From Podarcis melisellensis (lineage: Eukaryota): a stretch of 64,000 bases of DNA. Below, piece after piece: positions 13,818 through 29,002 of the stretch; position 1 is the stretch's first letter, and every line of letters starts with the position of its first letter. The notes beneath the pieces were generated by a model. The model saw nothing but the letters and a program-made list of their open reading frames with translations, did not search any database and was not told where the DNA came from. A program made the position numbers and the translations under genes. The DNA is taken from assembly GCA_964234715.1 (NCBI GenBank), contig OZ174286.1. The stretch is one strand, 5' to 3'.

Positions 13818-15689
13818 ATATAGATAAGCAGCACTTTCTCTTCCATCAGTTTGCTGGAATTCTGTAAACATATATTTCAATCCGCTTAGCACTAGCAAGT
13901 CATTTATGGGGGCACTGGTCTCAAAAGGCAGAAAATATGAGTTCTGGCCATGAGGAGATAAAAACAAACCATTCTACATTCCAAAGTATGTTAATAATAA
14001 AACATAAGTAGTGATATATTCGTTGGAACATAGGATGCTGCCTTATCCCAGGTCTGATTGTTCAGCAGCATAGCTCCATTTGGGATGTTCTACAAAGCAT
14101 GTGCTCTGCCGCTGAACAATCATCCTTCCTATATGTTGGGAAAGCATTCTAGAGTTTCTCCTGTATGACCATGGGAATACATGGAAGAGTGGTAGGCAGT
14201 CAACAATCCCTTCTTGCAAGGTTCTTCATGCTTACAGAATTGATTTTGAAGCACTGAAGCTTAGTCCAACATTGCCCACTTCAGGCCATGACAAAAACCC
14301 CACTATTGAAGAAGGCTTTTAAATTGTTTGCTAAGGTGCTTGAAGTCTGCCCCAGCCCTCTTCTTTTTGTACCCTGTGTATGGTGAATAGTGACAGAAGA
14401 CAACGTGACCAGGTGGCAATTGTAAGACATCTTTTTGAAAGTCTAAATATAATGGTGCTTACTTCTGAATGAATAGGATTGCACTGTCTAAAATGTCACC
14501 TTGTTTGCTGACCTTTAGGGATAGGGAAAATAAGACAACCAAACAATTCCCCTTCCCCTGAAAACATAAGAATTTTGAGAACAGTTAAACAGTTAAATCT
14601 TTCATCATATTTGTTCATGTTAAAATTCTATTATAATGCATGCTACTCGGGAGCAGCTCAGTTGCTATGGAAACTTTTAACTTCCCTTAATTTCCTGAAA
14701 TTAATACTTTTGGTCGTTTGTGGTTTTAGAGATGTTTGTTGCTATTTGCTTTCAAGTACTCCATACAGTTGTACTTTAAACTCAGTACAGCTAACCAGAA
14801 AGGATTTGGCCATGCCTTTTCCTACATTGAGATTGGATCTTTTTCTACACCATGGTAATGCTCATTTTAGAGCCCCAGCCTTATTGTTTCCCATCCCTAT
14901 GAGTGTGCCGAACGCTGTATAAAATTGAGCTGTCAGTTGTTCACTCACGTACAGAAGATTGTGTGGTGTGATATAAGTCAGAGTTCAGTTTCTAACTGAA
15001 ACCTCTTTTTCATCTCTATACCTCACTTCTTCTGAAGACCAGATCACACTCATGTGTTTCAAAGAGGATTTTACTCATTTGCTGAGGTGGTTAAGTACTA
15101 CTTCAGAATTTTACCATAGATATTTACAATATGATGGTAAAAGAGTTGTTTTCAGGTATGTTTACTTCTAACACCTTTTTTTACAGTTGTAGGGAAAGCA
15201 ACTCACACTTGTCACGCACGTAAATGTGACAGATTTTAGCAGAGGTCGAAAACTGTAGGAACCGCAGAGAAAGAACTGTATTTAAGCAGGAGGGAGGGGG
15301 GCTTCCATTAGCATGCCTGAATTGATTCCCGAAGGAATTGTTCTCCAGTCCTTAAAGGCTTGTGTGCTTTATGAGCTTGTGAAAATTAGCAGAACCAATA
15401 TAAACCATAGTGCAAATTATGAAATTTGGTAATTAGGCCATGCCACTTGACCCCAGGTATCCTGATATTTTGAGGTCCTTGTTTCACAGTATGGGAAATC
15501 ATAGGATTGTTAAATAAATAATGAAAAGAACAAATACTATTTCATGGTTCAAGTGCTTGTTTCAAGGGCATTGTTATGTTTTACATGATGGTGAATAAAA
15601 TACTAGAGCTCTCCCTACAAGCTTACAGTTTAAAACTGTAGGAATGGAAGGCTATGATGATCTCTGTGGTTTGGGTCTGTTACTTGTGA

Positions 15690-16055
<366 letters not shown>

Positions 16056-16133
16056 TAAGTTGTCCCATTACATCTTTCTAGGGTGTTTTTTATTTCATGG
16101 TGGCTGAGGTTTTGATAATAAAATAGTTCAATA

Positions 16134-16362
16134 CAGTGGTACCTCTGGATGCGAACGGGATCCATTCCGGAGCCCGATTCACATCTTGAGTAGAACGTAA
16201 CACGCACCTGTTTCACCGCTTCTGCGCATGCGCGTTATGTCATTTTGAGCGTCTGTGTGAGCGGCGAAACCCGGAAGTAACGTATTCCGTTACTTCCAGG
16301 TCGCTTCAGAGCATAACCTGAAAACGCTCAACCTGAAGCATATTTAACCCGAGGTATGACTG
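16134..16362. mobile_element. Tc1/mariner (Tigger-like) MITE
   Basis: TA|CAGTGGTACCTC...GAGGTATGACTG|TA; same TIR family as 1491-1645. Confidence 0.85.
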
Positions 16363-17031
16363 TAGTTTAACAATTGGGGTGTGGTAATATATAGGAAGAG
16401 AAGAACTCTTTTCTGTTGGATCTTGTTCAGCATATGAGCAAGGATTCTGGTCCTGACCAGGCATGCCTCAGTACTATTGTTGTGAACTTTTGCTTTACGG
16501 TATATTACCAAATTTGAGAAAATAGATCAGTATTGGGAATATTTCATACTGATGCTATGAGTGCTGAGGCCTCGGGTAATGAAAGTGAAACAGAACTGTC
16601 AAAAGAAGTACAGTATGTGAAATAAGATTGATGTTACTGTATATAGCAGCAGGGATGGGCAACATGAAGCCTGCCTTGTACACTTACCCTTTACATCCAA
16701 GTTGTTAGCATTGCTAATTTTGGTGGTCAGGGCCAGTGTGTGAAAGCCAAGTACTACTTGCTTTGGCCATTTTCCATGGAGAGATATCACTTCATTATTA
16801 TCCACTCAGTATTTTTATGTCTTCACCTGGCCGTTACGTTACAAACATGACCAAGCCAAACGTTGCATTACATTCAGATATCTTTTTAAACCAGGTTGTT
16901 TTAAAAATCATTTAATATAACTGCTTGGTTTTTTGCAAAATATTTTATTTTGCTCCACCCACAGTTGCTAGTATCACTTTCTCATCCTGGTTTCAGTTTT
17001 CGGTTTAGTGACTACCTACTGTTAGTGGTAT

Positions 17032-17394
17032 GGGACGCAGGTGGCGCTGTGGGTTAAAGCCTCAGCGCCTAGGACTTGCCGATCGAAAGGTCGGTGGTTC
17101 GAATCCCTGCGGCGGGGTGCGCTCCCGCTGCTCGGTCCCAGCGCCTGCCAACCTAGCAGTTCGAAAGCACCTCCGGGTGCAAGTAGATAAATAGGGACCG
17201 CTTACCAGCGGGAAGGCAAACTGCGTTTCCGTGTGCAGCTCTGGCTCACCAGAGCAGCGATGTCACGCTGGCCACGTGACCCGGAAGTGTCTCCGGACAG
17301 CGCTGGCCCCTGGCTTCTTAAGTGAGATGGGCGCACAACCCCAGAGTCGGACACGACTGGCCCGTACGGGCAGGGGTACCTTTACCTTTACCTT
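17032..17394 (+). mobile_element. Full-length Sauria-type SINE
   Basis: GGGACGCAGGTGGCGCTGTGGG head, B-box GGTTCGAATCCC, BovB-like AGAGTCGGACACGACT, (ACCTTT)n tail; perfect 14-bp TSD TACTGTTAGTGGTA at 17017-17030 and 17395-17408. Confidence 0.93.
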
Positions 17395-18260
17395 TACTGT
17401 TAGTGGTAATTGTTGTATGTTGAGCCATACTTAAAATGTGAATTGACGAAGGGAGGGAGGGAGGGATTTTCAAGGACAAGGCAGGAGAAGAGGGGAGGAG
17501 CATGCCAAGCCTGTAGGGTAGGTCCAGTGTCTGATCTGGGCCGGTGTGGATCTGTAATGGATTCTCATTAAAACTGAGTCAAGGGATTCTATCCAAAGAA
17601 ATCAAGACTTTGTATTTCAACTCGGTGCAGATTTTTATTTATACAGCCATGTTAGTGCTCTAGGGTTATTTCGGAACTTCTAAGTAAGACATTCAACTGA
17701 ATTGGAGGATTTGTAGTAGAGCAGTGGTACAAGTAGTGAAATGAATGACAAGCAACTGACCAAAGTTTGACTTGTCTTGTCATTTGCAACAGAGAAAGAG
17801 CTTGAAGGTAGTGGTTTATAGAAGGGCGTAACAAGATGCGGACAGTCCCTTGATATGATATATTAGTGAAACTGCCCATGAAGTTAACAGTTTGAGCAAT
17901 GTGTTGTTTTATCCAGTTTTATTGTAGTGAGTGAATATCATTTTATAGAATTTTGCTGGATACTCAAACTTTAAATAGAATGACTTTCTTTAGAGTTGCC
18001 ATTGTTCTGATGCTGTAAGAAATGTGTACAGAAATTGTTTTTTACATGCATGCACAGCTGATGATGGATGACCACTCTTTTTTGTATTACAATATTCATC
18101 TGGGCCCCACTGAACAGGATAGGTGTGTTTTTTTGGTATGAATCAGGATGCATATCCACATCTGGAACCATCAGCTGTTGCTGAACTGTATCAAGGCCCC
18201 CAAGTTCATAGGCAATTTTATCTACCAAAGCAGAACTCAAGACTGCTCTCTCAAGACTGA

Positions 18261-18431
<171 letters not shown>

Positions 18432-19516
18432 TGAGTAAAGAATGCTTTTATTAAGAGGTCATTGGGTTTTTTAATAGTCCATCTGAAGTAGATAATTGAC
18501 AGTTTGTAAGAATGGAACTGAAAAGTGAACCCATAGGAATGTCAGGTCTTGATCCTTGTGCTATGTTTATGTATGTAATATAATGATAAAATAGCAGAAG
18601 ACAACTGGTGAGCAATTCTGAATCAGAAAAGTAATAGGTTTTTGTTCGTTACACCTTTCAGCACCTTTTTGTGCAGTTAAAAGAAAATGTAAGAGGATGG
18701 GTGGTTGCTTACTTTTCAGATAAATTCCTGACATTTGATGGTAAGGAATGATACTCCTGAACCAGGCATACAGACTTCCATAGTGAGCCATTCCCAGGCC
18801 ACCTAGCAAAAGTTAGGTAAATAATGTCTGAAAAGCCGGATAACTAGTAGCAGAAGTAATTGTTATGGTATTCAAACCTAACATGCAGCAAATGAAAGAC
18901 AAATATTCTTTGTGAAAGAAACGTATGGGAGAAGGGCAGCCTTCTCTCTTCCCACACTTCGTGCCTGTTTTTCTTCACTTGTAAGCTGGAAGAGGGGAAT
19001 ACACCTGAGTTCTTGCTTTAAGCTCTGTTGTATCAAGTTGAAACTAAAGCAGCAAATGCCATTACGGCTGTTGACAAATTCATTCTCCTCTTCCTCTCAC
19101 CCCACCCTCAAACTGGTGTCCAAGAATGCCAGTGGCTGTTGGGTAGAAAAGAAGACTGAGCTTTCTTTGGTAATTGAGAATACATGAAGTGTAACAGATG
19201 CAGCCTGCTCTGTTTTCTACCCAGAGATGGAAGGAATCTGCATCTAATAGGTGTGAAGGAATCCCACTCAAGGGTCATGGAAATAGCAGAAAAGTTCCTT
19301 CTGTAAAACAGCCTTTTCCATTAGTTATTCCTATGGATTAAGCAGAACAATTAATTACACTTGAGGAAATCAAGCAGGTTTTTTCTTGACTTAGAGGAAT
19401 TTATCATGACAGTTTAAGAGTCTCCTGATTAGATGGTTAACTGTCTGAGCCCTGAGTCATTGGAGAATGACTCAACTTTTTGATTTGTTACTGATAGTGA
19501 ATTATGTGACTCTTGA

Positions 19517-19669
<153 letters not shown>

Positions 19670-21323
19670 TAAGTATTCAATTCTTGTGAAATGGTATATC
19701 TTAGTTTTTTAAAAGTGCTATCACTTTTTAAGAGCTTCCTCCCCAAGTTTCAGCCACAGCTAATACAAATTAACAGATCCATAAATCAACACCCAAATCC
19801 ACTTTTTACTGAGAACAGGATGAAACCTTTTCTAGGAAGCCATATGATGAGCTGGCAACTTTAAATGGTGTTTTTATCAGAACTAGTTTAATGACCAGTG
19901 AGGTTTCCTGAAAGCTAGTGTCCCTGTGTTGAAAGCATTGCTAATTCCAGTAAATATATTTGGCTGTGCATAGAAATTACTTACTAGTTGTCTTCAGTAT
20001 GTTATGTCCTTTTGTGTGTGTTTTTATAGTAATTTTTATTTGTGTGTTTTACATATTTTGCATGTTAAGTCCTTTGGGTTCCCTTGTCTACAAATACTAT
20101 CATAAAAAATATTTATTAAGGCACAACCGCCACCTCCCCCAATTTGCCCCATGGCACTGATCCAGAGAGCATCAGGTTGACCTGACTTGGGAACCACCAC
20201 CCCAGATCTAGTCCTAAATTAGTTTGGGGCCAGGGCCACTGTTTAAATAGGGCTTCAAAACTTGTGGTCTGTCTTAATAAAGGTGTTTAAGAGTCTTGGA
20301 ATACACAGGAATGGTACAAGAGCCCCAACAGGGATCGGATCTATTGAGACCCAAAGGGGCAATAGTAGTATCCCCTGGGGAGAAGGTTATACAGTGAAAT
20401 CTTACTGACCATTGGAAGTTATCCATGGGCCTTCTAAACATCCTTCTCCACGGACTGGTTCTTTTGACACTAGGCAGCTACTAAAATATGAATAAGGAGT
20501 ATCTTCAGTTTTGCAAAATGGGGGTCCCTTTTTCTGCCTTGCTTACTGTCCACAGACTTCTTTCATGGAGGTTGCACCTGACACACTCACCCATATGCCC
20601 ATTGTCCTTGGAAGCTGACAATCCTCAAAAGTTTTGTTCCAGGCTGCAGTGACTTTGGCTCAAAGAATCCCAGCCAAGATCTTTGTGTTTTCTACATAGA
20701 CAGATCTGCCTGCCATTCATGTAGGGTATTCTGTGTTTCTCAATAGGTTTGTGTCTCCTGCTTTTATCCCAGTCCTTAGGAGAACAGTTCACATGTTTTG
20801 CATGCTTGTAGAGTGATCTGGATCTGGTGCCTTTACTTGGATCCTCCTTGGAAAGAGAACAGAATACCTTCAGAAGACAGAAGGACAGCCTGATGACTCA
20901 TCATAGCTTACACTTGTTCTTGTGAAACTTTTCCCAGTGACTGCTAGGGGCTTTTGGTTTGCCGCTCTGTTTCCTTGACTGCGGTACCACCTGGAGCTCA
21001 AGCCAGCCTTCCTCAAGAGTCTTTGGGGAAGAACACTTATTTTGTCCCCACTGTTCTTTCCACATTTTTCTCCTTTTTGGAGATGCTAGTTGATACAAGA
21101 AACATTTTCATAGGACTTCTTGTCTCTGGAGAAAAGTAGCACTGTTCAGTGAGTCCAGTCCTCCATTCTAGGGTCTTGAAAGGTTGCTGTAATTGCTTTA
21201 AAGCCCTGCTTCTGTGGAGGTCAGGCAATAATGCATTTTGACCATTGCATCAGCAAATAAGAGCAACTACCAATCCTTGGTAGTTTCCTACTCTGTTGGA
21301 AACTTAAAGCTTTTGCTTTACGG

Positions 21324-21459
21324 CAGTGATGGCCAAACTTCGCCCTCCAGCTATTTTGGGACTACAACTCCCATCATCCCTAGCTAACAGGACCAGTGGT
21401 CAGGGATAATGGGAATTATAGTCCCAAAACAGCTGGAGGGCCAAGTTTGGCTATCACTA
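21324..21459. mobile_element. Palindromic hAT-type MITE
   Basis: Long inverted arms CAGTGATGGCCAAACT...GGGACTACAACTCCCATCATCCC / GGGATAATGGGAATTATAGTCCC...AGTTTGGCTATCACTA; 8-bp TSD CTTTACGG/CTTTATGG. Confidence 0.85.
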
Positions 21460-22590
21460 CTTTATGGGAAATACCCCAAAAAAGTTTACCAGATCACATC
21501 CTGTAAATTTATTGTAATGTTCTGCTGTAGTTGAAATATCCCTTGGATCAGTTCTGTTTTAATAATTGACAATATGCTTGGGAAAATGGGGTGCCAGGTG
21601 ATTTGGAGCCTTTTGCTTTATAGGACAGGAAAGGTAATTTTATCTTGGTGTCTTGCGGTGGAAGATTGTTAACAAATGTTTATAAATTAGATACATTTCA
21701 TTTCTGTCTGAACTATATATGTTTTGTTGGATTTTTGTTGTTGTTTGCCAAGTTTATGACTGGTAGCAATACAGATGAAATGAACTGTGAAGTTCTTTTC
21801 ATCTGTAGCAAATTGAATTCAACACATATATCTTAAACAAAAATGCAAATCATTGTGCAACACTAAGACACAAATCACAACAAATTATGTTGTGTGTTTG
21901 ATGTACTAGTATGCAACAATGTGTTCTTCGCTAAACAGTAAACTGATTTGAGAAGTGATTGTCATTTAGCATACATATGGGTATCTTTAAAATAGCAAAG
22001 ACTAAAAGCTCAGACTCCTCCTTCGCCTCCTGGGGCTAGAAGGATTCTTGGCTCTGCTATTTCTCTTTGGCTAGCTGGACTCCACCTTATGGAGGAGGAA
22101 CAAACACTTTGGAAGTAGGTTGATGCTGCAATGATGCTGTGATTTGCTTCCTGCCTCCATTGAATTCAGTCATGGTTGCTGTTGCCTCATGTATGCTCTC
22201 CTCAGACTAGTTATTCTCAACGTAATTTCTATCTTGTGCCTCCATCGTTTCAACTTGTGTTTTCTTCCTCTGTCTGCCTCAACTTTGAGTGTGATGTGTG
22301 TCTAATAGTGTTATACTTTTATTCCTGGTGTCCACCCACCATTTTAGTGCCCATTTCCACCACCATTTTGTTGCATCTGCCATTTCGTTTCCCTCGAAAC
22401 AAAAATACACGCTTTCATCCTCCTTTCAACCATTTAACTGTTATTTAAGCTCTTCTCCATTTTCTTTGGCTGAAATTCAAGGAAGGGAATAGACAGGAGT
22501 GCCTTTTTCAATTGTTTTTTGAGTGGAGATGGGGAAAGTGCCCCTTTAAATCTGAACAGTATATCTGTTTGCAATCCATGGGTGGCTTTT

Positions 22591-22629
22591 TGTATGTATG
22601 TATGTATGTATGTATGTATGTATGTATGT
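22591..22629. repeat. (TGTA)n microsatellite
   Basis: Read directly from the sequence. Confidence 0.95.
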
Positions 22630-23011
22630 TTTGCTGCCTTATTAGAGACACCTCAGCAGGGCAAATATAGAAAAGTAGACAGGCAGATTATTCCCATTAG
22701 ATTGCTGCACAGGAGAAGGCTCCTTCCTTGAGCCATCTAGTTCTGCTTACTTGGCGTGTTGCTCTGGCCAAATGTGGTTCTCGAAGGAGGCTGTGCCTGC
22801 TCCAACAACTAGTAGTTTGGTAACACCCAGCTATAATGTCTGAAGGAGGGCTGGCTTGCAGGTAGTCTTGGCCATGGGATCCCACAAGCAACAGTTTCAG
22901 AGACTACCTCTCCCTTGGGGCTTCAGCAGCTAGGATAATTCAGTTGTGCACATTCCATAGAGTGCATTTCTGAAGTTTTCAAGGTATAATTACTTTCTGT
23001 TTCAGCTTTAA

Positions 23012-23200
<189 letters not shown>

Positions 23201-23835
23201 TGATTTCTAATTTGGGGGTTGGGAGGCGGGTAAGTTAGTCATTTATTTGATTTCCTCCCAATAAATATATTGTATCTTTTTTACTTCAGTGGAGGAAAGC
23301 ATTCAGGTTGATACCCAACCATCAGCTTCATAGAGAGAGACTGATGCATATGTTTGTCCCTTCAGATAGAAAACCAGTCTAGTTCAGTACACACACATCA
23401 AACCCATCACCCCTGGCCATTCGCTGCATTTGCTTGGGTTGCTGAGTGTCAGAGTCCAACAGTATGGGGCCACCATTTCCCCATCCGTCTTGTAGGGTGC
23501 TTCTGGAAAATGTTTCATTACATTTGTTGAACGAATATGAGTTTGTTATTGGCCGTGCTGCATGCATTTCACAGTGATTGCTTAATCTGACTTGCAATAC
23601 TGCCATAGCACCATAAGGTGCATTTTATTTAAACCTCTTTTTTTGGCTAACACAGTGGTTCATAGAGTCAAAGTACAATTGCTTCTAGCAGAATAGTGAC
23701 ATCTGCCCTACTTCATGTTGAACATTTAAAAAATGATACAGGATTTTGACACTTGTTGTTTGCCAAGTTGAATGTCTCTAAGCTAAAACATTTTGAAATT
23801 TGAACAAGAGCACGTTATTAAGAGGGAGTGGCTAA

Positions 23836-24081
<246 letters not shown>

Positions 24082-24579
24082 TAGATTGTAACAGGGAGGT
24101 AGGTTGTACCTCACCATGTGTTCTGATCCAAGATTCCATTGAGCAGCATACAAACAAGAAGGAATGAAAATTATTGTAACAGATATCATATGTAGGTGAC
24201 TCACCTTTTGTATTTTTGCATGATAAGGGCATTCCCAGCCCTGTCCCCCGTGGATCAGACATTAGTATTGAATCCTGAGGGATTGGTCTGTGAGATTCCT
24301 TTCCCTATACATCTTGTTAAACAAGGCAAGTGATACAGGACTGCACATCCCTCTAGTGTGCAGTGTATTGAGTAATGTGTAAATTCAACATAAGAGGGAG
24401 TAGTAAGGGGAAGTGAATAACTGAAACACCTTTAACAGAATTAGCCAAGTCTTTGGACAGCATTGACACATTTGCATGTTTGGGAAATTGGCAATCTGCC
24501 TCTTGTGAATGGGGTTTCATTCCCTGTGAAGGAACAAGTGGATCACTTTCAGGTACTCCTGGGTACATCTTTCTCACTA

Positions 24580-25200
24580 GAGGCCTCAGCGTCCTCTTTG
24601 GCTAGGAGTGCCTTTTACCCAGCTTCATACCACCAGCCTGACCACTTTAGTCCAGGTGTTGGTAATCTGAAGGCTGGATTACTTTAACGCACTCTATGTG
24701 GGGCTGGTTTGTAAGTTCCAGCTGGTGCAGAATGCAACAACCAGATTGCTGATGGGAGCTTCTGGTCAAGAAAATGTGACACAATTGTTAAAACTTCCTG
24801 TATTAATTTACAAAGCTCTGATAAACTTAGGACCAGGGTAGCTCAGGGACTGCCAGAACCCTGATATCCCAGCTGGATCACTGAGATCATCTGCAGGAGT
24901 GTCAATGGTCTTTCCCCGACTTGGTGAGGTTCATTTGATAATGAGAAACTGAGCCTGTAATGTCATCAGCCCAATCCTGCGATATACTCTGCCAATAGAG
25001 ATTCAGCAGATGCCTTCTGTGCCAACTTTCAGACGCCTGCTGGAAACTTTTCTATTCTGTCATGCCTTTGCAGGCAATTAAGAGTACATCCTACCACCGT
25101 GGTTTACTGATATTTGTTTTTGAGTTGTTTTTAACTTTTGCTGTACAGTTTTATGTTTTTACTGTTGTAAACCACTTTTATATAGCTTTATGATATAGCG
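24580..25200 (+). mobile_element. L2 LINE 3' fragment
   Basis: CTGGATTACTTTAACGCACTCTATGTGGGGCTG (LDYxNALYVGL) and CAGCTGGTGCAGAATGCA (QLVQNA), followed by an L2-like 3' region. Ends approximate. Confidence 0.75.
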
Positions 25201-27204
25201 ATATACTAATATTTTTATAAATAGCTCATACATATTATAGGGCTGCCTTTTAGGGCTTAGCCATTCCAACCGTCAGCTTACATAATCCAAAATACACTAG
25301 AAACAAGAAAATTCAGATATTTTAAGAGCAACATGTTTGTTTATTTTTTAGGCCACTTAATTGAAACGTTAATGCAACAGCAACATGGATTCTATAATAG
25401 AGGAGGGAAGATAAACAATGCAGTGAGAAGCCCTGTGTTCTTCCCTACATCTGTTGTTGGTGTACAGTGAAATAATTAAAACACCTCAAAAGTTACGTTA
25501 GAGCACACTACATGGTGGTGTGAGGTAACAGAAAGGGATGGAGCTACTAGTATCATTGGCAGTACAGAAGAGAAGCTAATTGGGGCATTAAGTTTACTCC
25601 CCAAAGACATCCTTTCTAAAGTCGCTTTGATGGGAGGACAGCAACCGGCATGGGAAGAGGGCCTGTCCTCTGGGCTGGAAAGGGAGTCTCCAATTTCATA
25701 CCATAGGAGGCAAAGTCTCAGTGCTCACTCCCAAAACAACTGCCTTTGACATAAGAGGCTGGTTCCAGCTAGACTGTGTTCTAGTGAGCTTGCCAAAAGA
25801 TGACAGGCACATTTAAGAAAAGAAGAAAACTGGAGCGAGGCAGAAGAGGGAACCATCTAAAGATGTTGTCTAGAACTATGCAGATAACTTCAGCGTACCT
25901 GATTTTGTCCATTCATGGGAATGAGGGACAAAATAGAAATGTGCCAAAATACAGGGGGAAAGGGGAAATTTTTCCAAAGTTTTGAAGTGTTAGGTGTAGC
26001 TTGCCCTAGTAATTACTAAAACAAGGGAGGAAGCTTTTCCCCACCCCCAGCTTAAAAAAGTGTTGCATGCCAGCCCCCACCAAACCACATTCCACTTCTG
26101 GCTCATGATTCCATGGAAATTCTGGGTCTGGAATCCTGGAAGTGGAATACATCGCAGAGGCTTGGAAGGAGATGGTGTGTGATATTTTTCTTTAAAAAGA
26201 GGAAATACAAATGTCCCATCTTGTTTAAATATAAACCATCCCCATCTCAGCCCTAGAAGGTATTTTTAAGGAAAGCCACCACCATCCTGAAAACCTCTGA
26301 GAAATGTTAACCCAGAAATCACCCTGGGGGCACAAATGGTCACTCAAAAGAGGGGTGATTTTCAGGACAGTGTTCATGTTGCCACTCAAAATGCTGTGCA
26401 GACAAGTATTAACTGTGGCTTAGGCATCTAGAAATTTGCATGTCCTGGAAGGCATCTTAGTCCTCACTGTAATCTCTCCGGAAGCTTTTCTTTTACAATG
26501 ACAGTCAACATCACATAATATCCCCCGCCCCCAGCAGTTGTCTCGTTTTTGCTCCAGTCCTATTGGCACTCACTATTAGAATTGGCTATTGGAGGAGCTT
26601 AGACCAAAGAGTTTCTACTAGTGCATAAGTATGCATATGGTGACATATATGACAGGGAAACGTGTGGTGTTTGATCCAAAGCTTTTATTCCTCCACAGGA
26701 ACCTTTGGAGCTAACAAATTGTGAAATTCTTTTAGCTATGCTTAACATAACTGATTATTTTATATGTGTTTACTTGCAATATTGTTTGTACTTCTTTCAA
26801 TACGTGAATCAGAGCCTACACTAGTGCTCTCTAAGTTCTGTCACCACCAAGAAGTTTGTGTTTGGTTTTGTTCCCTGGATTTTCTTTGTGTGCTTTGGTT
26901 TTCTGTTTTTAAATATATCTGAAGCATAATACGTCTGCACAATCTGACTTCAGTAAAGATAATGAACTCATTTTATAAGATTACTTCAGGATGTATTGGA
27001 CATAGTAACTGAGTGCAGAGGGATATCTCTTACAATAAATGACTGGGAAAACAATTTGTTTTGTGCTACATATGGCTTTTCAATAGAGGTAATAATGGAA
27101 TTGTGTATTAACAGAAAGATGTCAACCCAATATGTCAGACATAGTAAATCATTGTGTATTAAATAGCAGAACACCTTAATCAACCAGTTATTCTTTATAA
27201 ATCA

Positions 27205-27255
27205 GTCCATGGGGTCACGAAGAGTCGGACACGACTAAATGACTAAACAAAACAA
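27205..27255 (+). mobile_element. BovB 3'-terminal fragment (~50 bp)
   Basis: GTCCATGGGGTCACGAAGAGTCGGACACGACTAAA matches the 3' end of the BovB copy at 29003-29751. Confidence 0.8.
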
Positions 27256-27349
27256 AAGATAGACAGTTATACAACAATGAAGTCCTTTTTTGATGTTATG
27301 GGATTGCTGCCAAGAGAATCCAGGTGCTGCACGCAAGAGACTTCATTAG

Positions 27350-27535
27350 TAATAATAAAACATTTTTATTTATATGCCACCCTACTGACAGGTTGCCCCA
27401 GCTACTCTGGGCAGCTTCCAATAAATTTAAACATCAAACAGAGTAAAATATCAGACATTAAAAACTTTCCTATATAGGGCTGCTTTCAGAAGTCTTCTAA
27501 AAGTCAGATAGTAGTTTATTTCCTTGACATCTGGT
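27350..27535 (-). mobile_element. Probable L2-type LINE 3' tail
   Basis: TTTATTTATATGCCACCC...CTCTGGGCAGCTT...GCTGCTTTCAGAAGTCTTCTAAAAGTC resembles squamate L2 3' ends; recalled, not aligned. Confidence 0.45.
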
Positions 27536-27651
27536 TGTAACCTTAAAGTTTGCCGCTGATCATGTAATGCAATTTTTTTGCTACGTTATGTTTGTTCCAA
27601 ACCTCTTGTGTGTAGTTCTTAAAACACAAAAATCTAGAGTTGCATATTTAG

Positions 27652-27966
<315 letters not shown>

Positions 27967-28797
27967 TGATCAACTTCGAATATCCCCAATCTTTATAACT
28001 GTCAGCAAGTTTCTGCAAGTTTGCTCTGTTTCTGTGTCTACCTTAGACACCCTGCTTTGACTGTAAAGCAGTAAATGGTACTCTCTCCTTCAGAGACAAG
28101 ATAATTGCAAACATGTTTCTAGAAGTTCTTTGAGGGGTGAAATATAAGCTGTACAAAAACAAACCTGCCACCTAGGTGGGCTTGACTTTTTGTTCTTTAA
28201 GATGGTTTAGACCTTTGGGCCATGTTTTTTAATTGAAGCTTATTTTGCCATAAATTCAACTTTCTTGTTTTGAAGTGGGGATAAGAGGTTATTGGTTAGA
28301 ATTTTTCTCTGTTACTGTTCAAAGGATTTTTTCAGTGATTGTGTCATACAGTGTATCTGACTAGTGATCTTACCTCTTCATACATCATTCTCCCTGTCTC
28401 TCTCTTCCTGCTCCACCCCCCAGTTCTGCCGGCACTGCTGAAATTTTCCATGATCTCACCTCTCAGCTTTATCCAGCTCCATTTTTTAGGAAAGTGGTAT
28501 TGCTTAGCCTATAATCACAAATACTTGGATGGAGTAGTAAGATTGACTGACATCAGGAGCACATTATTTCCCTTTTTAAAAGCAATCACCAGTGGATTTG
28601 TACCCTCATATAAGGGTTCACAATTTGTAGGAAAACATTAACACTAATATCCATGCTTAATGTTGCCAGTGCATTTGTACTGGAACAGCAAGATGGTAGT
28701 GGTTTTCATTTAAAAACAACACCACCCTATTATTCATCTCATTGAGTAGTGAGGAGAGGGCATCCAAGAAGTTCCTAATCTGTCACTTCTTTTCTAG

Positions 28798-28872
28798 ATT
28801 GCACCTGCCGAAGGACCAGATGCAAAGCTAAGAATGGTGATAATCACTGGACCACCAGAGGCACAGTTCAAG
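28798..28872 (+). CDS. IGF2BP3: IGF2BP3 exon 12 (75 bp; IAPAEGPDAKLRMVIITGPPEAQFK)
   Basis: tag|ATTGCA...TTCAAG|gtatag. Confidence 0.96.
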
Positions 28873-29002
28873 GTATAGTGTTTGGCTCTTGTGCTATCTT
28901 GACTTTCATTAATAGTTTTAAGACAAAACATGCATAGTCAAGAGAAGGTGAAAACCCTTCTGCCTTGTTAATTGAGTAAGTTGCTTATGTGTGATGTTCC
29001 AT

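Noticed and set aside
13461-13967. 168-aa ORF; likewise the 172-aa ORF at 52277..52795
   Set aside because: They run through GC-rich MITE or SINE sequence and show no transposase or other protein motifs.
20440-22930. Complex-looking intronic sequence that might be a decayed DIRS/LTR element or a conserved non-coding element (similar at 5400-6300 and 25500-26500)
   Set aside because: I could not recover convincing motifs, LTRs or TSDs by eye; it needs RepeatMasker and multi-species alignment.
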